From the NCBI GenBank assembly GCA_963746565.1, contig CAVVCD010000049.1:3249-67248 (forward strand): a DNA stretch of 64,000 nucleotides. The letters run 5' to 3'. Source of the DNA: an uncultured delta proteobacterium (GTDB lineage Bacteria > Desulfobacterota > Syntrophorhabdia > Syntrophorhabdales > Syntrophorhabdaceae). Under the pieces are notes generated by a model that was not told the DNA's origin, ran no database searches, and saw only the letters and a list, made by a program, of their open reading frames with translations. Positions 10,559 through 20,009 of this stretch are shown here, piece after piece. The translations under genes and the position numbers were made by a program. The number at the start of each line of letters is the position of its first letter. The stretch's first letter is position 1.

Positions 10559-11092
10559 TTAGGGTAGCGGTGCGAAGTGAGCTCTTCTGTTCTTCGCCCA
10601 GCATTCTTCGTTCTTCTCGGTGCAGACAGGCCTTTCTTTACCATAGCTAATTGTATCCATAGACTTGCCATCAACGCCGAGGTTTACAAGGTAGTTCTTT
10701 GTGGAATCTGCTCTCTTCTGACCGAGGACAAGGTTGTACTCCACGGTGCCCCTCTCATCGCAGTTTCCTTCTATTCTAACCCTTTTTCCCTGATTGGCCT
10801 TGAACCATCCAAGATTGCCCTTGAGTGTCTCTGCATCCATCGGCCTTATGTTGTATTTGTCAAAGTCGAAATTGACATCTTTCAGCATCACGACCGGTGC
10901 AGGTGCTGGAGCTGGAGCTGGTGCAGGAGCAACAGGAACTTCTTTTTTCACTTCAGGTGGAGCTGCTTTTGGTGGAGGCGGCGGCGGTGCAGGGGTTTCT
11001 CCCTTGGCTGCCTGCTGAAAACATCCACATCCACTCAGGAAAGCTCCAAATACAAAGACAATCAATATAAGCCCAAACATCTTTAGTTTCAT
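10559..11092 (-). CDS. pal: Peptidoglycan-associated lipoprotein (OmpA-like domain)
   Basis: Lipobox LSGCG, a Pro/Ala linker (PAPAPAPAPAP), and an OmpA-like C-terminus (FDFDKYNIRP...NLVLGQKRA...NRRAHF). Confidence 0.85.
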   Translation of the reverse strand: MKLKMFGLILIVFVFGAFLSGCGCFQQAAKGETPAPPPPPPKAAPPEVKKEVPVAPAPAPAPAPAPVVMLKDVNFDFDKYNIRPMDAETLKGNLGWFKANQGKRVRIEGNCDERGTVEYNLVLGQKRADSTKNYLVNLGVDGKSMDTISYGKERPVCTEKNEECWAKNRRAHFAPLP

Positions 11093-11116
11093 AATCCACT
11101 CCCTCCTTGAGGTTGA

Positions 11117-11145
11117 GGGTATATCCTTATGACAAGGATATACCC
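11117..11145 (-). other. Perfect 12-bp intercistronic stem-loop
   Basis: GGGTATATCCTT-atgac-AAGGATATACCC, between the lipoprotein stop (11159) and the pal SD/start (11092). No T tract follows on the transcribed strand. Confidence 0.7.
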
Positions 11146-11158
11146 CGATATCCCATAC

Positions 11159-11353
11159 TTACTTTTTTGCTGGGGCTTCTGCTGGTTTCTCAGGCGCTGG
11201 AGCTGCTTTCTCAGGCGCTGGTGGTGGAGCTGCTGGTTTAGCCTCCTCCTTTGGCGGAGCCGGCTTTGGTGGCTCTGCTGTCGGGCCGCAGCCGATCAGT
11301 GCAAAGCTTGCAAAAAATGTAATAGCAATAAACAACACCAATAATTTCTTCAT
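11159..11353 (-). CDS. Small Pro/Ala/Lys-rich lipoprotein (64 aa)
   Basis: Signal peptide with lipobox LIGCG, followed by a low-complexity PAPPKEEAKPAAPPPAPEK tail. An SD (aaaggaggtg) precedes the ATG. Confidence 0.65.
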   Translation of the reverse strand: MKKLLVLFIAITFFASFALIGCGPTAEPPKPAPPKEEAKPAAPPPAPEKAAPAPEKPAEAPAKK

Positions 11354-11441
11354 CTACATTCACCTCCTTTCGTTATTAATATATAATTCTTACCCAACTA
11401 CCCTGTCGAAAATATATAATACATCATTTTGAATAAGTAAA

Positions 11442-12365
11442 TTAAATTTTTTTAATTATAATATCTTCTTTAATTAAATCAATATCTTCTTTTGTGCATA
11501 GTATATTGCCTGGATTCAACGTAGAAGCTGTTCCACACGCTACCCCCAGTGCAAGGGCCTCTTCAAAACTTCCCCCTTTGTTTAATACAAACACAATGCC
11601 CGCAACCAGTGAATCTCCTGCGCCAATAGAACTCCGAACCTTAACCTTGGGGGGCATAACGTGATAATTGCCTTCCCTGGAAACTCCTGCCACACCTCGG
11701 GCGCCCGCTGAGACAACGATATAATCGACTACACTGAGGTATGGTTTTGCCTCATTAAAAATCTCATCAATGTCGGTAATATTCTTGCCTATGAGCCTTC
11801 CAAACTCATGGATATTTGGTTTTATTAAAAAAGGACCTGCATTCACCCCTCTTGCCAGGACCTCCTCGTCTGCATCGAGGATCACCTTAACCCCTTTTTC
11901 CTTGAGGGTTGTTATTAACTGGGCAAAAAAATTGTCACTTATACCCTTCGGCATGGCTCCGCCCAAAACGACATAACTATCGCCAGGTAATTCCCTTATT
12001 TTAGTGTAGAAGGCAGAAATTTCAAATGGCTTCACCTCCGGACCGCAGGTGTTGAGAAGAGTTTGCAGGTTCTTTTTTTGTTGATAGATGATTATGTTAG
12101 AACGGTTTTCATCGTTAATCCTGGTAAAATCGCACAAGATACCTTCATTAACAAGCCTGCCTTCGAGTTCCAGTCCGTTATATCCGCCGATGAACCCAAG
12201 GGCGACACTCTGGCCACCGAGTTCCTTGATGACCCTTGATACATCAATGCCCTTGCCGCCGGCGCTGTTCTTCTCCTCCATGATTTCGTTGACGTCATCA
12301 TAGATGATTTCCTCTACTTCAACAGTTCTGTTGAGGACTGGGCTTTGCGTGATGGTGTATATCAT
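11442..12365 (-). CDS. PfkB-family sugar kinase (1-phosphofructokinase/tagatose-6-P kinase-like)
   Basis: N-terminal NPxxD-type region (TITQSPVLNRTVEV), GG dipeptide and a C-terminal GAGDSLVAG motif. Confidence 0.8.
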   Translation of the reverse strand: MIYTITQSPVLNRTVEVEEIIYDDVNEIMEEKNSAGGKGIDVSRVIKELGGQSVALGFIGGYNGLELEGRLVNEGILCDFTRINDENRSNIIIYQQKKNLQTLLNTCGPEVKPFEISAFYTKIRELPGDSYVVLGGAMPKGISDNFFAQLITTLKEKGVKVILDADEEVLARGVNAGPFLIKPNIHEFGRLIGKNITDIDEIFNEAKPYLSVVDYIVVSAGARGVAGVSREGNYHVMPPKVKVRSSIGAGDSLVAGIVFVLNKGGSFEEALALGVACGTASTLNPGNILCTKEDIDLIKEDIIIKKI

Positions 12366-12452
12366 GGGAGCACAAGTTTATTGTATTAAATATATCTGAA
12401 AATGGCTACATAAAAATTTTGCCTATTGTTTTTTTATCAACCACAATGTCGG

Positions 12453-13715
12453 TTATTCACTGCTGAGTTTGATAGCTTCACGGGGAAGGATTGAAGGATC
12501 GAGCAACAGATCATACTGCACCTTCGTCTTCATGTCTCGTAGAACAACCATGCCCTTGTCTATTTCGTCATCTCCCAGGATAAAAACAAAATCGGCATTC
12601 AAGCTGTCTGCATACCTCATCTGTGATTTCAACGATCTTCCATCATATGAGTAGCTGAGGGAAAGACCAGCATCAGAAAATGCCTTCACAAGGGGGACGA
12701 GATATTTTTTTGCCCCTTCGCCAAGGTACGCAAAGAAATAGGTCGGGGTCGCCACAGCGCTTTCATTCATTGTAATAAGCGCCAGCCTTTCAACCCCTAT
12801 TGCAAAACCAGTCCCCGGGGTTTTGGGCCCGCCCATCTCCTCAACGAGGTTGTCATATCTACCGCCGGCTATAAAGGCCTTCTGCGCCCCAAGATCATCA
12901 GACGTAACCTCAAAAACTGTTTTCGTGTAGTAGTCAAGGCCTCTCACAAGCCTTTTATTGATCTTTACAGTAAAACCAAAACTGTCAATGTGCTTCCGAA
13001 ACTCATCAAAATGATTCTTGCAACCCTCACAGAGGTATTCAAAAAGAAACGGCGATCCCTGGCTTACATCAATACACTGTTCGTTCTTGCAGTCAAAAAT
13101 CCTTAAGGGATTTCTATCCAATCGCCTGCCACAGTCTTCGCAGAGCTTTTCTTTTTTTGCTTCAAAATAGCCCACAAGGACCTTACGGAATGTCTCGCGA
13201 CATTCAGGGCATCCCACGCTATTGACCTCTATTTCAAAACTCTTAACATTAAGCTCCTTAAGAAGCAGGTGGATCATCCAGAGGAGCTCAGCGTCAATGA
13301 GAGGGTCCTCAACACCAAACACCTCCACATCAATCTGGTGAAACTCCCTGAACCGTCCCTTTTGAGGCTTTTCATGACGAAACATGGGACCCATGGTGAA
13401 GAGCTTACTCACCCGTTCTTTGACATACAAACCCGATTGAAGATACGCTCTCACCATCCCTGCCGTTGCCTCAGGACGCATGGTGAGGGAATCCCCGCCA
13501 ATATCGATAAATGTGAACATTTCTTTCTCAACGATGTCTGTTGTGTCGCCAATACTTCTTACAAACAGTTCTGTTTTCTCAAGGATGGGAATCTCGATCT
13601 CGGTAAAATTGAGAAGTTGAAGATATTTTCGCGAAACAGCTTCGATGCGCTTAAACCTGTCAAGCTCTTCTCCTGAGATATCCCTGAAACCTCTAAGGGT
13701 CTTTATCTTCTCCAT
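12453..13715 (-). CDS. hisS: Histidine--tRNA ligase
   Basis: Class II aaRS motifs (LRPEATAGMVRAY, FRHEKPQKGRFREFHQ, GGGRYD, GFAIGVERL) and a C-terminal anticodon-binding domain. Confidence 0.92.
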   Translation of the reverse strand: MEKIKTLRGFRDISGEELDRFKRIEAVSRKYLQLLNFTEIEIPILEKTELFVRSIGDTTDIVEKEMFTFIDIGGDSLTMRPEATAGMVRAYLQSGLYVKERVSKLFTMGPMFRHEKPQKGRFREFHQIDVEVFGVEDPLIDAELLWMIHLLLKELNVKSFEIEVNSVGCPECRETFRKVLVGYFEAKKEKLCEDCGRRLDRNPLRIFDCKNEQCIDVSQGSPFLFEYLCEGCKNHFDEFRKHIDSFGFTVKINKRLVRGLDYYTKTVFEVTSDDLGAQKAFIAGGRYDNLVEEMGGPKTPGTGFAIGVERLALITMNESAVATPTYFFAYLGEGAKKYLVPLVKAFSDAGLSLSYSYDGRSLKSQMRYADSLNADFVFILGDDEIDKGMVVLRDMKTKVQYDLLLDPSILPREAIKLSSE

Positions 13716-13814
13716 CTATTCTCCGAAATGTTTCAAAAACACCACATTATTACCATAAACAGCGTTGTTTTTAAAGTGATTTTTGAGCTCGTGCCTATTG
13801 CCGGTTTTACAACA

Positions 13815-14795
13815 TCATGGTTTCCTTGCTTCCACAAGGCAGTCCATCTTGTCACCGGTTCTCAAAAGCTTCACATCACGGAAGCCTGAATTTTCAAGTC
13901 CGTCTTTCACTTCCCGAAATGAGTACGTATCGCCACCACGGGTATTAACCAGCATGTTAATAGCAAAAAGAGTGCCCGCAGGAGGCTTTGTGCGATCTTC
14001 ATTCATAATGTGATCCCTGATAAGTATTGTACCACCCTTTTCGAGGGCTCGGAAGATTTTGCCATACAGAATCATGTTCTCTTCAGGGCTATTCTGGTGG
14101 ATAATGGCTGACAGGAGGGCAAAATCACATCCTGTCGGCAACTCATTCTCGTAGAAGTCGCCTGCGATGAACTCTACGCGATCGGAAAGCCCCTCGTCCC
14201 TGATCCTCTCCTCGGCCATTGGTATGACGTCTTCAAGGTCAAATATGATAGCCTTCATGAAGGGATTTTTTCGCAGAAAGGCTATAGCGTAAGTACCCGA
14301 AGCACCTCCTACGTCAAGAAGCCGTTTGCATTGACTCGCATCATAAGCTTCGGCGATCTCTAAAGATAAGACCCTGGCTGCAACATGCATTGCACCTACA
14401 AAGGACTTCCAGTCTTTCTCGCTGAATTTGAGGCCAGTTTTATACTGTTTTCCGGAACCTTCTCGCACGATTTCTGTAAGATCACTCCATGTTCGCCAGA
14501 GATGAACCATATGAAGGACCATGGGGAGGACCGTTTCGGGATGGTGTGATGAGAGAAAAGCCCCTTTGCCTGTCACCCGATAGATGTCATCCGTTTTTGC
14601 GAGAAGCTCCATGACAAACAAACAGTCAAGAATCCTGGTTGTTGCTCGCACATCAAGGCCTCGTTCATGTGCAATTCGTGAAGCGGTATCAGGTTTCTCA
14701 TCAATGCAAGTAAAGAGATCAAGCTCTGCAGCAGTCAGGATAACCTTACTCTTCATAAAAGCTCTCGCCTCAGTCATGAGAATCTCTTGGAACAT
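13815..14795 (-). CDS. Class I SAM-dependent O-methyltransferase (Methyltransf_2-like, with a dimerisation/winged-helix N-domain)
   Basis: LDVGGASGTYA SAM motif, FDLEDV and GDFY motifs. Confidence 0.7.
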   Translation of the reverse strand: MFQEILMTEARAFMKSKVILTAAELDLFTCIDEKPDTASRIAHERGLDVRATTRILDCLFVMELLAKTDDIYRVTGKGAFLSSHHPETVLPMVLHMVHLWRTWSDLTEIVREGSGKQYKTGLKFSEKDWKSFVGAMHVAARVLSLEIAEAYDASQCKRLLDVGGASGTYAIAFLRKNPFMKAIIFDLEDVIPMAEERIRDEGLSDRVEFIAGDFYENELPTGCDFALLSAIIHQNSPEENMILYGKIFRALEKGGTILIRDHIMNEDRTKPPAGTLFAINMLVNTRGGDTYSFREVKDGLENSGFRDVKLLRTGDKMDCLVEARKP

Positions 14796-14916
14796 AACTT
14801 TTCTCCTTTTCTTGGTTTATCCCTCGGGGGGATATAAAACTATAAAACGTAATCTCTATAAATTCCACCTAATAACCCTGCCGGTCTGCCGGTTATCACT
14901 TTTCCTCGTAGAACAG

Positions 14917-14945
14917 TTGACATGGGGTTGGTGATACAGTATCAT
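14917..14945 (+). promoter_or_regulatory. Sigma70-like promoter TTGACA-17 nt-TATCAT
   Basis: -35 at 14917-14922 and -10 at 14940-14945. A 3-codon uORF atgaagcaataa (14962-14973) abuts the ATG at 14974. Confidence 0.45.
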
Positions 14946-14973
14946 GCAATCGTCCTTCATTATGAAGCAATAA

Positions 14974-15714
14974 ATGGGGTTCATTGTGGCGCTGAAAGAA
15001 GAATTCGAACATACAGGCAATTGGTTGTTCAGGTGGCGAAGCTACCTCCCCATTCTGCTTCTTTGTGTTTTTGTCATTGGCTTTTTTGACCTCCGTCTCA
15101 GGGCCGAGGATGGGGGCAGGGGCCTCATGTGGGAGCTTGCCTGTTTCGCAGTGACACTACTCGGTCTTGCAGTCCGTATCTATACTGCCGGCTATGCACC
15201 CCGCGGAACATCAGGGAGACACACATTACGACAGGAAGCAAAGAGGCTGAACAGCTCCGGAATGTATTCTCTCCTCAGGCATCCACTCTATCTGGGAAAT
15301 GCACTTATGTGGCTTGGGATTTCCCTCTTTGTTCATGTGTGGTGGGTGGTTGTCATTTCCATGCTCATCTTCTGGATCTATTATGAAAGAATAATGTTCG
15401 CTGAAGAAGAGTTTCTATTGCAACAATTTGGCCATAAGTTCGAGGTATGGGCGAAAAAAACCCCTGCATTTCTCCCGAAATTCAAAAACTGGATACCCCC
15501 TGACAAGGATTTCTCATGGAAAAAAATCCTCAGGTATGAGTCCCCTACCCTACTCTTGTTAACAGCCTCCCTGACTTTTCTCCATGCACTTCGGGATCAA
15601 ATCGTGCTGGGCACCATTGAAATAGACTGGGTTTGGATTACCCTATTGTCGATCACTCTGCTATTCTACCTTGTAATCAGAATTTTAAGAAAAACAACCC
15701 GTATACTTTCATAA
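14974..15714 (+). CDS. Membrane methyltransferase, ICMT/phospholipid-methyltransferase-like
   Basis: Multi-TM protein with GMYSLLRHPLYLGNALMWLG and EEEFL motifs. Confidence 0.65.
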   Translation: MGFIVALKEEFEHTGNWLFRWRSYLPILLLCVFVIGFFDLRLRAEDGGRGLMWELACFAVTLLGLAVRIYTAGYAPRGTSGRHTLRQEAKRLNSSGMYSLLRHPLYLGNALMWLGISLFVHVWWVVVISMLIFWIYYERIMFAEEEFLLQQFGHKFEVWAKKTPAFLPKFKNWIPPDKDFSWKKILRYESPTLLLLTASLTFLHALRDQIVLGTIEIDWVWITLLSITLLFYLVIRILRKTTRILS

Positions 15715-15750
15715 AAAAGGCCGCACAGGCAGAAGCCAGGCGGCCTTTTG
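15713..15750. terminator. Bidirectional rho-independent terminator
   Basis: aaaaaa-GGCCGC-14 nt loop-GCGGCC-tttt, placed between convergent genes ending at 15714 (+) and 15769 (-). Confidence 0.75.
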
Positions 15751-15768
15751 TTTACAATTAATACTCTT

Positions 15769-18027
15769 TTACCACTGGCCGGTCTTCAGGTATTCGTCCA
15801 TGGCTGCTGCTGCCTTACGTCCTGCACCCATAGCAAGAATAACTGTTGCAGCACCGGTCACGATGTCGCCACCGGCAAAAACACCTTTCCGGCTCGTCTT
15901 GCCTGTCTCCGGATCAGCGACAATATTACCGGATTTTCTGAGCTCGAGGCCTGCTCCGCTCTGGGTAAGGATGGGGTTCGGACCCTGGCCTATGGCAACG
16001 ATCACAACGTCAACGTCGATGATATAATTGGAGCCTGGTATATCCATAGGTCTCCGTCTTCCAGAGGCATCAGGCTCGCCCAACTGCTGTTTTACTACTT
16101 CTAACCCCGTTACCCATCCATTATCATCGCCAACTACCTTGATAGGGTTTGTGAGGAGTCTGAAATCGATCCCTTCCTCCTCTGCATGATGGGCCTCTTC
16201 CGCCCTCGCCGGCATCTCAGCCCTTGAACGTCGGTACACAAGGTATACATTCTCAGCGCCAAGTCGCTTTGCCACCCTCGCAGAATCCATGGCAACATTA
16301 CCACCGCCGATAACCGCAACCTTACTTCCCACCCGGACCGGTGTATCGTATTCCGGGAAGAGATAAGCCTTCATAAGGTTTGCCCTCGTTAGGAACTCGT
16401 TTGCTGAATAAACGCCATTCAGGTTCTCGCCGGGGATGTTGAGGAAATAAGGCAACCCTGCACCAGTTCCAACAAAGATCGCATCAAATCCCTGGGCAAA
16501 GAGCTCATCAACGGTCACTGCCTGGCCAACAATCACGTCCACCTTTATCTTCGCGCCAAGCTTGCCCACATAGTCCACTTCCCTCTGCACGATTGCTTTG
16601 GGGAGACGGAATTCAGGGATACCATACACGAGCACACCACCGGCTTTATGGAGGGCCTCGAAAACCGAGACGTCATGACCCTTCTTCGCGAGCTCTCCAG
16701 CAACGGTTAACCCTGCTGGTCCTGCACCGACGACTGCCACTTTTTTCCCTGTGGGTTTTGCAACCTCAGGAACCCTGATGTCACCTTGTTGTGCCTCGTA
16801 ATCAGCAGCAAAGCGTTCCAACCTCCCGATGGCGATGGGTTCACCTTTCTTGCCAAGAACACATTTTTCTTCGCACTGGGTCTCCTGCGGGCATACACGG
16901 CCGCAAACGGCAGGCAGGGCATTCGTTTCCTTGATGACATGGATGGCGCCCATGAAATCGCCTTCCTTTATCTTCTTGATGAATTCAGGGATAGTGATGT
17001 TCACAGGACAACCTTCAATACAGGGCATATTCTTGCACTGGAGGCAACGGGACGCCTCCCTGATAGCATTTTCCCGGGTATAGCCAAGAGCAACCTCGCT
17101 GAAATTCTGGACCCTCTTCTTCGGATTCTGCTCAGGCATTCTCTCGCGCCTTTTCGTCTTCTTTAACTGCTTTGCCTGAAATTCAAGCTTGCACTGGTGG
17201 TCCCACATGGCACGCCGCTCTTCTCGGTTATACATTTTCTGGCGGGCGACCAGCTCCTTGAAATCCACCTGGTGCCCATCGAATTCAGGTCCGTCAACAC
17301 AGACAAACTTTGTCTCGCCCCCGATAGTGGCACGGCAACAACCGCACATACCCGTGCCATCGACCATAATGGTGTTCAGGCTGACGATCGTTCTTATATT
17401 ATGAGGTCTTGTCACATCACTCACAGCCTTCATCATGACCACAGGGCCGATGCCCACAACCTCTTCGATCTTCTCGCCCTTTTCAATGAGCTGTTTGAGG
17501 ACATCAGTGACAAAACCGTGGTGGCCATAAGTACCATCGTCGGTCGTCACGAAGAGCTCTGTACTCACTGCCTTCATTTCGTCTTCCAGGATGAGCATTT
17601 CTTTCGTCCTGGCGCCGATAATGGAGATAACCCTGTTTCCAGCCTCAAAGAGAGCCTTTGCAATGGGGAGCACGGGTGCAACACCAACACCGCCTCCTAC
17701 ACAAACCACGGTTCCATATTTCTCGATATGGCTGGGCCTTCCAAGAGGGCCAACAACGTCAAGGAGGGTCTGCCCTTTTTCAAACTTCGCCATCTTCTGG
17801 GTGGATGACCCGACTGCCTGGAAGATAACAGTAATAAGGCCCGCTTTCCTGTCATACTCAGCTACAGTCAGGGGAATACGCTCTGCATAGTCGTCTACCC
17901 GAAGGACAACAAACTGGCCTGCTTTTACCTTTTTTGCAATGTCCGGCACGTAGAGTTTAAAAAGCGTGAGGGAAGGTGCCAGGTCTCGTTTTTCAACAAT
18001 TTCATTTAGTTTCGGTTCTCTTGCCAT
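15769..18027 (-). CDS. Fused NfnA/SudB-like (FAD/NAD, 2Fe-2S) and NfnB/SudA/GltD-like (2x4Fe-4S, FAD, NADPH) oxidoreductase, 752 aa
   Basis: N-half carries GTGMCGCCRATIGGETKFVCVDGPEF. C-half carries CLQCKNMPCIEGCP, CGRVCPQETQCEEKC, VAVVGAGPAGLT and VIGGGNVAMD. Confidence 0.85.
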   Translation of the reverse strand: MAREPKLNEIVEKRDLAPSLTLFKLYVPDIAKKVKAGQFVVLRVDDYAERIPLTVAEYDRKAGLITVIFQAVGSSTQKMAKFEKGQTLLDVVGPLGRPSHIEKYGTVVCVGGGVGVAPVLPIAKALFEAGNRVISIIGARTKEMLILEDEMKAVSTELFVTTDDGTYGHHGFVTDVLKQLIEKGEKIEEVVGIGPVVMMKAVSDVTRPHNIRTIVSLNTIMVDGTGMCGCCRATIGGETKFVCVDGPEFDGHQVDFKELVARQKMYNREERRAMWDHQCKLEFQAKQLKKTKRRERMPEQNPKKRVQNFSEVALGYTRENAIREASRCLQCKNMPCIEGCPVNITIPEFIKKIKEGDFMGAIHVIKETNALPAVCGRVCPQETQCEEKCVLGKKGEPIAIGRLERFAADYEAQQGDIRVPEVAKPTGKKVAVVGAGPAGLTVAGELAKKGHDVSVFEALHKAGGVLVYGIPEFRLPKAIVQREVDYVGKLGAKIKVDVIVGQAVTVDELFAQGFDAIFVGTGAGLPYFLNIPGENLNGVYSANEFLTRANLMKAYLFPEYDTPVRVGSKVAVIGGGNVAMDSARVAKRLGAENVYLVYRRSRAEMPARAEEAHHAEEEGIDFRLLTNPIKVVGDDNGWVTGLEVVKQQLGEPDASGRRRPMDIPGSNYIIDVDVVIVAIGQGPNPILTQSGAGLELRKSGNIVADPETGKTSRKGVFAGGDIVTGAATVILAMGAGRKAAAAMDEYLKTGQW

Positions 18028-18072
18028 AGCTTCTCCTTTTCAAAATGTTGGGCCAAGCATGCTTATTGCCCT

Positions 18073-19561
18073 CTATTGTTCTAGCTTAATTGGTAACTTC
18101 ACCTTAAAGGTGGTGCCTTTTCCTACCTTGCTGTCCACCTCAATATGTCCAAAGTGTGACTCCACAATCCTTTTCACAATGGAAAGCCCAAGGCCTGTTC
18201 CCGTTATGTACCTCGTATCGGGTCCGCAAACGCGGTAAAACTCTTCAAAAATGCTTGACAGGTGTTCCTTGTCGATGCCGATGCCTGTATCGGCAATTTT
18301 GATGTTCAGGTAATGGTTGCTTGGGACCGCGCTAATCGTAACCTTTCCTTTTGCCACGTTATACTTAATTGCATTTGAAATAAGGTTCGTGAATAACTGC
18401 TCCATTTCCGCCCGGTCTGCCTCCACAAGGGGAAGTTTTTCCGGCAAGTCCATCTTAAACTTAATCTCATTCGCTTCACCCTGGTTTTTCAGAAGCTCTA
18501 CGGTGCTTATAATGATACCGGTTAAATCAAGGAGCTCTTTTTTTCTCTCAACACGTTTACACTCGAGCCTGCTGAACTGAAGAAGGTCGTTCACGAGATC
18601 AAGGAGCGAATGGGTCCTTGTCTTTGCCCTCTCAAGCATCTGGCGATTCATCTGTGGATCATTTCCTGCAGCACCGCTTAAATACGCAGAAAGGTAGCCT
18701 TCCACGGCTGACAGGGGAGCACGCAACTCATGGGTCACCATGGAAACAAACTGGGATTTTACCTGGTCGAGTTCTTTCAGGCCCGTTATGTCCCGAAGTG
18801 TGCTCACAACTCCAAGTTCCTGCCCATCTGTGTCCCGGATTGCCGACACGTTTACCATCAGTGTTTTTGGTGCAGGCTTTGTCAACTCTATCTCCTCAGA
18901 CATTGCCGTGTAACGGGAAGAGTCAGGCAACAAGGCTCTTGTTCATGAGATCTACCAGGTTTTTTTCCTTGATGACCTCCCCGATGTTCTTGCCAACTTC
19001 GAGCTTCACGTTCAGGTTAAGCATCTTCAACGCCGCAGGGTTCCAAAGAACCAGCTGATGCTCCTTATTCGTCACAAGAATCCCGTCGGCCATAGAGTTA
19101 ACGATGGTGTGGATCTTCGACTCCTCACGGGCAACTTCAAGAAGCTTTTGATCCCTCTCCTCCATAAGCCTCTGGGCCTGGAGACTGAGGCGTCTCTTTT
19201 CAAGGCCCCTGTTTACAACAGCAATGACCTGGTCAGGAGCGAATGGCTTTGGCATATAGTCGTATGCCCCGTGTTTCATTGCATCAACGGCCGTCTCGAT
19301 CGTTGCAAATCCGGTAATGACGATCATGATGATTTCCGGGTCAAACTTTCTCACCTCTTCCATCATCTCAAGGCCACCCATGACAGGCATCATGAGATCA
19401 ACCAGTATGAGATCAAAAGGCCTTGACTTAACGAGCTTCAGCCCTTCTTCGCCATTCTCTGCCACATCGACGGTGTAGCCTTCGCTTATAAGGATTCGGC
19501 GGCACCCTTCCCGGATACCCCTCTCGTCATCAACGACCAGTATGTTTGATTCCTCAGCCAC
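18073..19561 (-). pseudogene. REC-PAS-HisKA-HATPase kinase split into two ORFs (18923..19561 and 18073..18933)
   Basis: The upstream ORF holds the receiver (DDERGI...DLMMP...K) plus the N-terminal half of a PAS fold. The downstream ORF begins with the PAS beta-strands G-I (EEIEL..TLMVNVSAIRD..ELGVVSTLRDIT), then HELRAPL and the HATPase. The frames differ by one within 18923-18942. Confidence 0.7.
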
Positions 19562-19581
19562 AGTCCACCAAGAAGTCTCGT

Positions 19582-19986
19582 CTATCCTTGTGCAGATCGA
19601 GCCAGAAGCTCATTGATCTTCTTTATAAGATCCTCAGGCAACAGTGGTTTACTGGCATAATCGTCGGTCTTCATCCAGTAGCCGTCAAGCTCCTGGGAGA
19701 AATCCATACCAGTCTCGCTCGACACTGCGGTGAGCATGAGAATCGGAGTGTTCTTCGAGGTTGGGTCCGCCTTGAGTGCCTTTGCAAACCCAAAACCCGT
19801 ATCATGCTTCTCCATCATCAGATCAAGAACGATCAGGTCGGGCTGTTCAAACCTGACTCTGTCCAGGCCTTCTGCCCCTGAATAGGCCACCACAACGTCG
19901 AATCCGTTGTTTTCGAGTACGGCCTTATTCAGATCAATAAAATCAACATCGTTGTCAACAAGTAAAATTTTTGTTTTTTTACTCAT
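19582..19986 (-). CDS. Single-domain CheY-like response regulator
   Basis: Receiver motifs DD...D (ILLVDNDVD, LIVLDLMM), T (LTA) and K (SKP). No output domain. Confidence 0.85.
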   Translation of the reverse strand: MSKKTKILLVDNDVDFIDLNKAVLENNGFDVVVAYSGAEGLDRVRFEQPDLIVLDLMMEKHDTGFGFAKALKADPTSKNTPILMLTAVSSETGMDFSQELDGYWMKTDDYASKPLLPEDLIKKINELLARSAQG

Positions 19987-20009
19987 AGTTACTTCTCCCT
20001 ATCGTTTCG

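Noticed and set aside
10558-10674. Long N-terminus of the KamA-like ORF overlapping pal by more than 100 nt.
   Set aside because: The overlapping part is Arg-rich out-of-frame sequence opposite the conserved pal C-terminus. The conserved KamA core starts downstream. The exact start remains uncertain.
10895-10940. The GCTGGA/GGTGCA hexamer microsatellite in pal as a separate repeat feature.
   Set aside because: It simply encodes the (Pro-Ala)n linker of the lipoprotein. The unit length is a multiple of 3, so it causes no frame effects.
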